A DNA stretch of 64,000 bases from positions 21,392,001 to 21,456,000 of the forward strand of contig CM052817.1 in the NCBI GenBank assembly GCA_028534125.1, read 5' to 3'. Below the pieces are notes generated by a model. It was not told where the DNA came from and did no database searches. It worked only from the letters and a program-made list of their open reading frames with translations. Source of the stretch: Lama glama. Taxonomy: Eukaryota. A program made the translations under genes and the position numbers. The stretch's first letter is position 1, and the number at the start of each line of letters is the position of its first letter. This document shows positions 13,241 to 25,475 of the stretch, one piece after another.

Positions 13241-13422
13241 CAGCCGGGACAGCAAATTTTTTCTGTAAAGAGTCAGAAGGTAAATATTTGGGGGTTTGTG
13301 GGTTATAAGGTCTCAGTGCAAACAAGCGTGACAACAACCAGAGCCATGACATAAATAAAAGAGCTGGCTGTGCTCTGTGAATCTGCATTCACACAAACAC
13401 GCAGAAGCAAATCTTGGCCTAG
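13241..13422 (+). mobile_element. MER58-like hAT-Charlie DNA transposon
   Basis: 'cagcaaattttttctgtaaagagtcagaaggtaaatattt..gtttgtgggttataaggtctc'; similar to 50124-50332. Confidence 0.75.
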
Positions 13423-13423
13423 T

Positions 13424-13850
13424 ATCATTCTCCATTAAAGGAACTAGAGGTTTCTGGAGAAATGATTGATCTTAGGACTCGACAGAAAATATGTAAGATG
13501 AGCCTAGAACATTCTGTGGTGCCAAACAGTAAAGTGCTAACCCTACCCTCCCCACACACACACACAATGACGGGAATATGTCAAATGTCAAAGGAACTCA
13601 GACGTGAACTAAAGAGCACCCAGTGAGCAAAACCAGCACAATTTGAGCAACAACATAAAGTGGCATTGAAATATGTCTCAAAATGTAAAATAAATATTCA
13701 TGAGGTGATACTACTATTAAAAAGACTGAATACATAAATAAATAAATGGTGAAAAAACAGATCCCTCATGCAGAATTCTAAAAGTGTATGTAGTTACTGC
13801 AACCTTAAACTCCCACTCCTTTGTACGGACTGATGGTGACCTCATTCCAT
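13424..13850 (+). mobile_element. L1MC/L1MD 3'UTR fragment
   Basis: 'aaggaactagaggtttctggagaaatg..aagatgagcctagaacatt..aaataaatattcatgag..catgcagaattctaaaa'. Confidence 0.75.
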
Positions 13851-15329
13851 TCCTTCTTAAACAGAAACCAAAAAATAGGTGGCAGCTAAAGAAAATTTTT
13901 AGCAACTTATGTTCTTAAAATGTCCTTTTTTATTTTTTAGAATATAAGTGTTGGGTCATTTAGTTTTTGTTTCAAAAATAAAATTATGGGAAGTGGGTAA
14001 TCAATTGTCTGTAAACATTATATCTATTTTTATTTCTTTCAAATAAAAACTGATTGCTACTCCTATTAAATCAACATACATGCCTGACTCTTATGTTGGT
14101 TTTTAAAATTCTGCATTCATTTTTGTTGCCTTTAAGTATCATTGGTTAAAAAAAAGATAAAACCCTATTAAAATTTATAGGCCATTCCTTTACAACATTT
14201 TACTTTATACTTTGATTTACTAATGGGATGATAAATGGTATAAAATTTCCTAAGCATGATTTACTTGCATATTGTAGAAAGGTATGTTGATAATCCAGAT
14301 TATCAACTTAATCTCACAATGCTTTATAATGTATTATCATCAGAATGAATTACTTTACACACGGGTTCCAGCTTTTATTTTAATTTTATCATTTGAAACA
14401 TTTACTTTGGATTAAATCATATGTTTTATGGCTATATTAATGCTTTTGTGAGGCAATCATAAATTCCTGAAATTTTAACATAATTTTGTGATACGTATTT
14501 AGATTTATGTAATGACCTTTTGAATGTTACACTGTCATTGTTGAAGCATTTTAGTTTTAATTCCATAATCTGGTATTATCTCCTCCAATTTAAGGCTATT
14601 GAATAATAAGCATAATTGAAAGATTCATTTGTTAATGAAATGTCCTCACAGTGTCAAATCTAATTTTTGGATTAATATTTAATCAATTTTTAGTATTTTT
14701 AATATCTATTCTTTAACTTTACATTCTAAATAAATTTATTTCCAGAAGTACTTTCACAACTGTTAAGCAGCAATTTAAATCATGCTAATATTAAAATTAT
14801 AGATGTGTTTTCATGATCATTAAAATATATTAAAGTTTTAAAGTTCCTTTACTTACAAAATAAAAGCACTATTTACTTATGCGAATGTGTTTTTTTACGT
14901 TACTTTTCCCTCAAAATTCTCCAATTATCAGCATTGCTATACATGTTTCCAGATGTATATCTTTCCTTGAGATTATAGTCTAGACCAAGAATTTAAAACT
15001 AGTAGATGGTGGAAAATACATTAATTTGAGTTCACTTATAACGTAAAGGATTATCATGGTCAAATAATGTCACTGAAGTATTGAAAGTACAAATCCACCA
15101 TAAGAAAGGAAGTCCACTAAAAAATCCAAAGCTAAATGCTGTCAACAAATACAAGGCAAATGAGCTAAATCAGTCACATATTTCAGATAAATAACCATAA
15201 ACAGTATTTGAAAAATCTGTTTTAAGGGTCTGGGACCTCACAAATTTCTCAGGTTACCACTCTGTTGAGCTTACATTCATGTCTTACGTCTGTTAGTTTA
15301 TAACTTACTATTAAATATAGCTGCCATTG

Positions 15330-15639
15330 TATTCAGTAAGCCTTTAAATATATTGACATTTAAATTCAAGTATTTGGGATGAACTTCCTTTTGCAACATA
15401 TAGTCATTGTTCAGTCTAGTGCAGGAGCGTGGGGAGCGGCTTTTATAGAGAAGAGATGAAAGCAAAGTAAGGAAGTTGCTGACTGGATTGGCTGACAGCC
15501 TGGCTGGCTGTTCATGACTGGTTTGCAATTTTGTGACCTTGAAGCATCTATAGGCTTAGATTTTGCTTTACATACGTAGGTCACCAGGGCATTAGAGCCA
15601 CCTCACCCTAATAACTTCCTTGTTTCATTAATTTAAACA
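15330..15639 (-). mobile_element. ERV solo LTR (MER-type)
   Basis: Ends '..ttaatttaaaca'; shares the 19-mer gcattagagccacctcacc (15589-15607) with 53417-53435. Left boundary uncertain. Confidence 0.65.
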
Positions 15640-16623
15640 ATATTTTTGAGTTCCTAAAAAGCAAAGTAACTTTGTTACATTATATAAAGGTAGATCAGAA
15701 CATAAACATTTTTTAACAAGACCCTAGACCAACTGACTATCAAGATCACATAAGCAAGCTAAAATTAAAAATATTTTTTGAAATAGTTGCTAAAATCTGA
15801 TTACAGAGTTCTGTTAAGTTATAACAAAGATTTTTTGGTAATTATGTTAGTGATAATATCACTACGAATAAACAACAAAGAAAAAGTGAGCATAGTATTA
15901 TAGATGCCTACAGAGATGTGTGTGTGTGAGAGAAGATATAATATCTTGTATTTTCAAAAAGTAACACCACAAAGGGGAAAAAAAGAAAGCCAAACAACTA
16001 AAAAGGAACTTGTTGAAGTTTATATTCCCAAGAGCCAGTCTCTGAGATGGAGGTTAGTATTTGTAATGTTCATTGGGAGAACTCTTGGGATTAACAAATG
16101 TCCAGACAATAAAAACCTCTCTGGCTTTGGGACCAGGGAAAAGTAATTGCATATTGCCATTTTCTTCTTTGTCCAGAACATCAAAAGGCATTTCTCTCTT
16201 TATTTCTTTGAGGTATCTGGTATTAAGAGGCTGAATGCCTTTGGAATATGGAGATGACCTTAAAAAAACTCACATGGGCTGTCTGTAAATTATTCAAACA
16301 GTCTAGAATCTAGTCTTCTTATGATTTTTTTTTTGTTTCTAAACAAAAAATGGTGCTAATATTTTAATTAGCATGTTAAAACTCATGTGGCCATTTCTAT
16401 CATTATTTGGAAAGGATTAGATCCTAGACTAGTTTGCTAGGTTTAATGATTTCTTACTAGTGTCTGTTATTTTCAATCATGGACCAAACACAATCCTGAC
16501 CCTTGTGACTTGATGAACGGCCCATAATCATAACTGCATCACCAGCACTTCTCAGTGTGCTTAAAATGCAGGATAAAACTTGGCAGCATGACATAATTTT
16601 TAAATGAAGAAATTATACACTTT

Positions 16624-16742
16624 AAAAAAAGAAGTAGGGAGTAGGAGGAGAAATAGGAAGAGGAGAAATAAGAGGATGGGAGGAAAAGGATGAAAAAGAG
16701 AAGAGAGAGAGAAGGCAGAGGAAAAGTAGGGGAAGAAGGAAA
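16624..16742. repeat. GA-rich polypurine low-complexity tract
   Basis: About 120 bp of almost only A/G on the + strand. Confidence 0.85.
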
Positions 16743-17379
16743 CATTTTGAGAAACTCAGTGTTAACACTGCAGTGTTGTTTTTGTGTGATGTTTCTAACT
16801 GAGCCTCAGCTGACATTTAGATGTGCCTAGATTCACGGGCCCACCAAATCAGATATCTATTGCTATATACATACATATATCCATATCTATAATCTGATTT
16901 GATTTAAACGAAAAAAGATTTACAAAAAGGACAACAAGAGGGAAAGCATGAGGTGTTTATCACCAGCTCCATGAAGGATACATGCAGAAGCACTGCCCTT
17001 CTGAACTAATGTAGTTGGGAGCAGAGTCAGCAGAAGTTGGATATAAAATATAATGTGTTTTTTTTTTTTACCTATGTGCTAGCAAATCCCAAAGAAAACC
17101 AGTGTTCATTTATCTTCGAGATATGGTACTAAGCTGAATTATTTTATGATGTTTATTTGAAAAATGGGATATAATTAACTTCCCATTGCATCTCAAATTC
17201 TTGATATTTCTACATTTTGCATCTAAAAATATTTTTAAGTAGGAGACCATACTTACTAACATCTTACATCTTTATCTTTTGTTTTTCTATCTCTTCTCTT
17301 AGCAGTTATGATAAGAATTCATAGCAGTTATGAAAAGAGTAGACTTATGCTAGTTCACTTAATAATTTGTTTTAACACT

Positions 17380-17870
17380 AATCAATCAATATATATACAA
17401 CTTTATGTGAGGGAAGCCTCATCGTGGTCAAGGATTAAGAAGAAACAATTTAGAGAAGAGAAAGGTTTAAACCTACCTGCGAAGGTGTAGTTTGGTAGAA
17501 AATAAATGGTAATATTTTTAAGGGGTGACAGTTGTCTCAGTGAAGCCAAACAGATGGAAAAGTTTGGGCTATTTTTTTAAAGAGAGTTAACAAGTCAGTG
17601 TTTCTTTAGTATGGAAGCAGTGAGAGTTGTGAGACAAGGCTCAAGCATAGTTTTGACGGGTCATTAATCCACATTAAAGAGTTTAGACTTTATTTCACCC
17701 ACAATGAAGAATTATTAGGGAGAATGAAATGGCAACTTGAAAGCAATGTTTAAGCTGGCTGCCCTGTGGAAGAGATGTATTAAAGTGGTTGAAACTCCCA
17801 GATGTGTGTCTAGTAAGCAAACTACTACAGAAGTAATAAGTGAAAGATAAAGGCCTGGCTGTGGAGCTTA
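17380..17870 (-). mobile_element. L2 fragment
   Basis: 'cacattaaagagtttagactttatt..ctggctgccctgtggaagagatg..aaactactacagaagtaa..gaaagataaaggcctgg' is antisense L2-like. Confidence 0.65.
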
Positions 17871-18198
17871 GACTTCTTTGTGTGTATGTTTCCCTCTTTG
17901 TGTTTCTGTATGTGTGTTTATTCCTGTTTATTAATGATCTAGTAATTTTCCAAAGTCATAATATTTACTAAACTTAAGCCCAACAGTCACCAATCTGTCT
18001 GTTAATACGTTTTTTCGTCTATTACCAACTGCATGAGTTTGTGGCTTATGTTGGGGAAAAAAGGAGTCCTGCCCTAAATAGATTACGGATACAGCTGATC
18101 TATGAAACGCTTCCGCAACACAAAGTGACTCATGCACAAAGGACAATTTTTTTCCCCCGAGTTTAAGTGGCAAAATTTTTAATTTAAAAAAATGTCCT

Positions 18199-18325
18199 GG
18201 GTGGGGGGTTGGTGGTAATTGCTCAGTGGTGGAGCACATACTTAGCATGCACAAGGTCCTGGGTTCAATCCCCAGTACCTCCACCAAAAATAAATAAATA
18301 GATGCATTTTAAAAACAAATTTAAG
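18199..18325 (+). mobile_element. Vic-1-like tRNA-derived SINE (camelid)
   Basis: A-box 'ttgctcagtgg', 'cttagcatgcacaaggtcctg', B-box 'ggttcaatccc', A-rich tail; homologous to 27714 and 57676. Confidence 0.85.
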
Positions 18326-18429
18326 AGGAAAACAAAGGGCCTGATTTGACAGCTAGCCAGTGGGATTTAGCTACGGAGGAACAGCAAGTAACACATCTTT
18401 ATATCTACACATCCAGTCATCATTGACAA

Positions 18430-18620
18430 GGGTATATAGACACAGAGATCTGGGTTTGAATCCAAATCTTCTTATCAGAGTGACCCGGAGCTAGTTACTC
18501 GCCCTTGCTAAGAACGATTTCTTCAACACCACTCCTCATGACAGTAAAATTAATGTAGTAGCAGTATGCATGCCTGCTTTCCAGAACACCTGGAATACAG
18601 TAAGTATGCAGTTAAGAAGA
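18430..18620 (+). mobile_element. MIR SINE fragment
   Basis: 'agatctgggtttgaatccaaatc..gtgacccggagctagttact..agaacacctggaatacagtaagt'. Confidence 0.65.
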
Positions 18621-19091
18621 AGGAATAACTATTAGTAAACTTGGCAAGCTCAGATCCACAGCCAGAAGTGGCTAATGACTTCCAGGTATTTCTGCAGGTT
18701 CCTCAGAGGAATTCATAATCTTGAAAACCTTGTTGGAAAAGTTTCTCCGAGTAAGGAACATCACAGGTAAAGGAGCTTGAATACTGGCAAACAGTGTGAC
18801 ATATAACAAGAATTCAAAGTAGTTTAGTAGAGTTAGAGCCTAAAGAATCTAAAAGGTGATAGATACGCAGGGAGTGAACCAGAGTGACACCTAAGGAATG
18901 TGTCTTTTATGCTGTGTGTACTGAGAAACATTTGAATGCAGGGAAAAGAAATGATAACACTTAGAAAATTGTTTTTAAAAGCCATGTTAAGAAGGAGTGA
19001 GAAATCTAAAAAAAGTAATAAACATATTTGAGGAAGTAGGAACAATGATACTTGGTGTTCCCTTAGATGTGTAATCTGGTGAACATACCAT

Positions 19092-19325
19092 GGTCCCATC
19101 TTCCTCAACCTCTCAGCAATATTTGTAATAGTTATCAATCCTTTCTTTCTAGAAAACTCACATTTCTAGACTTCGAAGATGCCATAATCTTCCAAATTTT
19201 CTCCTTCCTTATGGCATATTTCCTGTTAATTCTCTTTGCTATTTCCACCTCTTTTGACTTTTAAGTACTGGAGGACCTCAAGGTTTGGTTTCAAACTCCT
19301 TTTTTTCTCAATTTACTTTTTTGTG
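19092..19325 (+). mobile_element. L2 reverse-transcriptase fossil
   Basis: Translates to IFLNLSAIFVIVINPFFLEN and TGGPQGLVS..SIY, decayed forms of the L2/CR1 RT motifs ILLDLSAAFDTVDH and VGVPQGSVLGPLLFSIY; contains stops and frameshifts. Confidence 0.75.
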
Positions 19326-19429
19326 TATTAAATAACTCATTTACGTGTCATTAATAGTTGTTAACAATTTACAAAAAGAAATTCGTTGCCAAAGACTTTA
19401 TTAAAATTCTCAGTCTTACAGCAATGTGT

Positions 19430-20112
19430 TAATGTAAATTAAAATAATGACATACCACTTCACACTCATCAGTTTAAAAAATAAATATTAAAATCTAACA
19501 ATGCCAAGTATTAGTAAGGATGTAGATTAAAACAAAAAAACTTTGATGCATTACTTAGTGAGTGTAAATCAGTTCAATCAATGAAATTTTGATGAAGTTG
19601 GGAGCAATTTTTTTTTGTTGTTTACAGCTATATTCTTGGAACAATGGCAAGTGCCTAGCATGTAGTAAGTGTTTAACACATATTCATTGAATAATAATTT
19701 AGAAGTGCAAGCAATTTGGAAAAATCTAGTAAAATTAAAGTTACACATTTGTTACCTAGCAATTCAAATTGTAGGTAAATTTCTGAAGGACGTCTCCAAT
19801 CATATGCCGAAGGAGACAAGGACTGTCATATTCATTGCAACATTATTATAATGGCAAAAAAAATTAGGCAGACAAAGCATAGAAAAATAATAAATACATC
19901 ATTCTAGAGGGTAACCACCTCCAGTGAGAGATAAATAATTGGGATGGAGAGGGATACACATATTTTGAATAGTATCTATAGTATTTTACTCCTATAAAAA
20001 TAATCCAAAGGAATTATGACAAGATAGGTGTAACTAAGCTGAGTGGTGGGTAAGTTTTCATTATATTATTTCCTAAACTTTTTTCTATATTTGGCATTTA
20101 TCATAATTTTAA
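19430..20112 (+). mobile_element. L1ME-type 3' region with an embedded L2 tail (about 19605-19695)
   Basis: 'aatgacataccacttcacactcatcag..aatgccaagtattagtaaggatgt', then 'acctagcaattc..tattcattgcaacattattataatggcaaaaa'. Confidence 0.7.
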
Positions 20113-20148
20113 AGATGAGAAGGCATACTAGACCAAGAACTATGAGCC

Positions 20149-20612
20149 TGTTGATGAAACATTAATCAGACAATCTGAGAAGAAATGGGAAAATTTATTC
20201 AAGTAAACTTTTAGGATTATAACCCAGAAAGAACATCTCAGAAAGCTCTGAGAATTGTTCTGTCTATTAGAAGGCAAGGTGCAGTTATATGTTTTTTGAG
20301 ACAGAGGGCTGTACATCAAACGACATGTTATTTTAACAGTTTACATAATCCAGATCTATGGGTCATCATTATAGTGGATCTTGTGCCCCCTTACAAGATC
20401 AAAAAGGAATGTTATCTTTTAAATTGTTCTGTTGATGCCAGGAGAACGTGGCTCTTTATGGTTGGGCAGGTATTGGCACTGATGGGGAAGGTTGGTCGAT
20501 GCATAATGCAGATACACAATGCACGGTAGGGGAGAGGGGAGGCCAAAGGGCAGAAAAAGATTTTTTATTTAAATTTTTTTGTCTCACTATAAAATATGAA
20601 TTTTATTTCACA
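20149..20612 (-). mobile_element. Intact ERV1-class solo LTR (464 bp)
   Basis: TG..CA termini; perfect 4-bp TSD AGCC (20145-20148 / 20613-20616); minus-strand AATAAA near 20195; 3' half homologous to 56110-56321. Confidence 0.9.
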
Positions 20613-23600
20613 AGCCTTATATTAGAGTCCCTATTCTGCATTGTAATAAAATTTCTGGGGAATTTACATACAACATTGGTGAAAGAAAACATTTTATTAA
20701 TACAGTATAATTTTTTAGCAAGAAAAATTTGGGTGGTTTTAATTACTATTCATAATTCTCCATACATTTAAGGAAAGAAACAAGATACTTTTCCTCATTT
20801 TCTGCTTTTTTCCTCATTCTGGACTTCACCTGTAATTATTCTCTACTTTTACATATCATGTATTCTTGCCTTTGTCCTGGCTTCTTTTCTTCACTATTTT
20901 TGTAATTACACCTTTTTAATAACCTAGCAGCAAAACTATGGATGCAGTCAAATAACTAATTTTGATCTCTATAATAATAATGAATGATAAGGAAAGTACT
21001 AGAAAACGGATAGAAATGTTATTTTCTCAACTGCTGTATCACAGTGGAAGTCATGTAAGAAGGCAGATTCTTACCAGGACTTCCAAGTACAGCTATAAGG
21101 GGATTTAGTAAGTACTAACTGCTTAATAAATATTGGTTGGATTTATGAGAGAATGGATGAATGATTTAATTCACCAAGAAGTTATAATAATTTTAAATTT
21201 GTATAAGTCAATAGTGCAAGTTTGTTATGCAATAGTGTATAGTAAGTCAAATTTACTTTATGAGTTCCCATAGGATAACCAAGTGTAACTTCTGTCTCAG
21301 GGCATTAAGCTATATCACCTATAAGTACCACTAAATGCTTGGTTAGAAATCCCTTTATATCTCTAGTGACAACAATATAGAGTGCTGAAATGTATCAAAA
21401 ACAAACAAACACACAAAAAAACACTAGTCCGGGCTTATTTAAAATCTTCTGGAAAGATATGATGATTCAAAATGTTATTCCTAATGAGATAGACATTACC
21501 AGAGATTCTGCAAGTTATTCACTCTTAAAATTTTTCCCAAGTCTAAAAAGCAGTCAATTTACCCTCTTAATGTTCATATATGTTCAGGCTTTGCAGGCAG
21601 GAGCAAGGATGGCTTCTCATCCCGTACATCTTGTTTCTTGCCTCATCAAAGCATTTTCTAATTCAAATTGCATTAAGTGGTGCAGATCAGAAGAGTACAT
21701 CTAGTCATTGAATGAGGAAAGTGTTCCACTGAGGGCTGAGCTGAGGAATCGCTTAGAGCTTTTAACTATCAAGCTGTTTTCCATCTATTTATTTTCCATG
21801 ACATTGATTATCATTTTCCCAAGACTGGTTTCTCAATAGTTTCTTTTCCTAAAGAGGTGGTATTAAAAAAAAAAAAAGTAATCTTCCTCCGTTACATAAA
21901 TCTCAAATACCTAATCCACATCATATTGTCAAACAGCCATCCTACCTAAACTCACCCAAATGTAATAAGACAAAATACAGTATTGTATCGCAAAGTAGGA
22001 TTTTAAAGTTTTACTCACTTTATGAGTACAATGATGGGAACTGACGAAGACGGTACCATCTTAGAGTGTATTAATTCATCGTCTGTTTTGACCACATTCA
22101 TTCATTTAACGATTGGAAGACCAAACTCTTTGAACAGGTTTCTTCTTAATTCCTTGATATTTGGCCATTTCTTTCTATACATTTTTTTCCAATTAACTGA
22201 ACTAGCATTAAAAAAATTTAAGATAATTATCTATTTTTCAGTGATTTATTTTCAAAAAGAGTTAAATTAAAGGAAAATTCAGTCCAATTTTCAATTAGAA
22301 CACAAACTTTGTCAACATTCACCAGTTCCTCTAGCTGCCCACAATACAAAGCCACATGCCTTATGCCAGAAATTCCTTAATTATATTTAAAAGAAATCAA
22401 TGAATAACATTTTGATTCTAACCAAACTTAAAATTCACACCTTTTTCATGGGAAATCAACTCCCCTGCCAATAACCATGGTAGCAGATCTCAGGAATTTT
22501 TATTGAGAGGATACTGATATCCTTTCAATGAATGCACAAATAGGAGATAAACATCTGAACGAGTTTTACAAGACTAATTATTGTCTCTTGAGAATCTGGA
22601 ATTCTGATAATGAGATTGAAAGATGGCTTCTGCATGGGACTGAAGGTGAGACATACAAATGTGTAGTCAGTCAATGATGATGAGAACTAAAGAAGCTAAG
22701 AAATTTATTCTGCTGGAGCCATGAATAAAGCTGGCTGTTTTCAGAGAAGCACAAACTAGGGAAAATAATCCTGATCTCTTGATAATATCCAGAATAATTC
22801 AGAGAGCTTATCAACATACTTCATATAGGAGAAGGATCAGTGGTTAAAATGCAAACAATAGGTGTGTGTGCACGTGTGTGTCTTTTAACATCCCATGAAC
22901 TGAGAAATTTGATCACTTTTCAAGTCCCTTCTCTTCAAGACCATTGTAAACTCAGAAAAAATTTATAAATGCTAAGGCCCATTTGCAATATACATATAAG
23001 TAAGTTTTAAAAAATGAAAGTGGTATGAGGGAATAGGTACAATACATTTTTTCAGGTATAGCTCAGATTAGAAGTTATTCTCTCCTTAGAAAAGTGAAGG
23101 TTGTTTTTAAAGGCTGCCCCCACTACATTGCTGCAGAAAAAAAAAAAATTAAAAGAGAAGCACACTTTCAGAACTTCATGAACTTTTTTTCAGCAGATAA
23201 CATGAATAGGATGCTGTAGAACTAGTATTTATAGTTAATAAAGACTTTATACTTGAAAGTCTGATCTTGGAGCAAATGTAAAGAGAAAAATTACTTGGCA
23301 GAGCAACATTATTATAGGAAATTCACTTGAATACAAGGAAATATGCCATTTTTCCATGATTTTGTTGAGGGTGTACAATAGGACTCATAGAAAAAATATA
23401 TATTGGAATCATGCAGTCTCATAAAGACCTTAATATAGACCGAAATAAGTTGTAGTGAAAGGTATTGAGGAAAAGTTAAACAAGTTTCACATTATAGGAA
23501 CAATATGAAAGGTATAAGTTTGAACAACTAAAAATTGTTTAAAATAGTCCAATTCATAATAGAAGTCAACAGAAAGAATACATTGCAAAATTAGTATGTG

Positions 23601-24559
23601 ATTGCACATAACTGAAGATACATCAGCATTTGGGGTAAGAGTATGATAATGTATATCTAACAATTGAACCAATGACCTGACGACTCTTAAGTTTATTTTC
23701 CATTATGAAGTATCATCAAATGTTGTTATTTAGTTATTGATCGAATCATATTATTTTCAACAGGAACACAGTAAACACTATGAAAAACCAATAGAGATGT
23801 TCTTGGACAAGTGCTTTGTGAAATTTATAAATTGTCCACAAAGATAAAAAAGCTCAAACAACAAAGGCATAATTAAGAGTTGCAATTTGTGTGGGAAAAC
23901 AAAGAATGCTTTATCTTGTTACTGGGATTCCTGTAACTCCAGTCGCAGTGTTGCTACCAATATGTGCACAAGGAAAGCAGAAGCAATACAGGAAATTCAT
24001 CTTATTAAAAAAATACATACCAATGACCTTTACTGTTAAAAAACAGTAGCATGGTCTTTGTGCATGACCATAGATACCCTTTTTACAACAAGGATAGATG
24101 AATTAGTATACAAATCAATACTTAGCCTATATGTAATACATACTCATAGGATTTTTTTTTAACTAAAATTTATTTTGTGAATTTTCATGATAACCAGAAA
24201 AGGTAAACAATACCTGCATGCCAATTTATCTTCAATCCCCTGAAAGAAAACAGTGGAGATTGAAAATAACTATGCAATTTTGATTCAGCATTGAAGTAAT
24301 TTTTTAAAATGAATGAACTACATTGTGTAATTTTTCAACAACCAATGAGAAGAAATGAGCAGGGACTACAATAATATGCATTTTTGCTCTAAACTTAACT
24401 GTGTATCAAGGCAAAGATGAGATAAAAAGCTATAACTTTGTGGATTTTTTTGTATACTTGTTTTAATTTTGAAGACTCCTCTACAATTCTGATTTCTCTC
24501 AGGCCCTAATGATTCTACTATACTACCAAGTTTCATTAATTCTTGCTTACTTAATTGTA

Positions 24560-25475
24560 TAATTTTCAGTAAAAACCATTGATTATCTTTTTAATTCAGC
24601 ATTTTATTACTTTCTGTTTAGTACTTTTATTGTTTATAAGTCCTTGCACATAATTTTAAGTTTTAAACATATACCTGTGTTCACTTTATTTTCTTTGTCT
24701 ATTAAAGCAATAATACAAAGCATTTGTGTGTTTCTGCTATTTTTTTGAGTGCAGATTCCACTCATGTTTCCTTCTTATTTTTTATTTGTATCTATTTTGA
24801 CTGTAACTTTTTAAACATTATCCCTGGAAATTTATTTTAGAAATTCTTTACAACCTTGAGTAGAATTGGGTTCCTCCAAGGTAACTTTTGCCTTTGCATC
24901 TGCCAAGCACCTGGAGGTACCCGGTCAGATTTCCAATTTGTGATTTTTGGCTTCTTGACTTCATACAAGTTGTGAATTTTGGCTACAAACCTGCGTTAGA
25001 GGAACTTTGTGAATATAAATTTTCAGTAGTCTTTTTACATGTTTTTGTTTATTACAGTTATTAGTACTGAACTTTCCAAGTGGCAGCAAGTTACAAAGGA
25101 ATGAATTTTCCATTTAGTACCCAAGAAATGTATTTCATATTTTCACTTAACATTAGAGATTCTCGCTTAGGTGTTCAAGAGCTCCTTCCATACCCCACTA
25201 TGGATGCTCTATTCTTGGGTCTTAACTCCTCCCTGAGATGTCTTACACAGCTGATTTGAAGTTCAAATGGTCTGGAAGACCTCTGGCGAAATCATCGCTG
25301 CAGGGAAACACTCTCCTTGTTCTGACTCCTTGTCTGCTCAGGTCTCTGGCATTCTTATCAGATAACTGATGGTTTTAAACAGAAATGTTTTCTATTTTAC
25401 CCAGAATTATTAGTTTTTTCAGCACAGGGGCAATGCAGATAACCAGCTTGTCATATTAGCAAAAATGGATGTCCT
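24560..25475 (-). mobile_element. Old L1 (L1ME-like) 5' region
   Basis: T-rich antisense ORF1-like sequence, 'ttttgcctttgcatctgccaagcacctggag', and a 5'-end-like terminus '..cttgtcatattagcaaaaatggatgtc'. Confidence 0.55.

Noticed and set aside
3675..13850. L1MC/MD pieces at 3675-4740 and 13424-13850 as one rearranged element
   Set aside because: They appear to overlap in consensus coordinates and lie in reversed order; two separate insertions is simpler.
17931..18287. 118-aa ORF starting MVEVLGIEPRTLCMLSMCSTTE
   Set aside because: The N-terminus is the antisense translation of the Vic-1-like SINE head. Database hits would be SINE-derived mispredictions.
21880..22130. Small CpG cluster and box C/D-like words (ATGATG..CTGA)
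   Set aside because: Imperfect C box, no terminal stem and no recognisable guide sequence; too weak to call a snoRNA or promoter.
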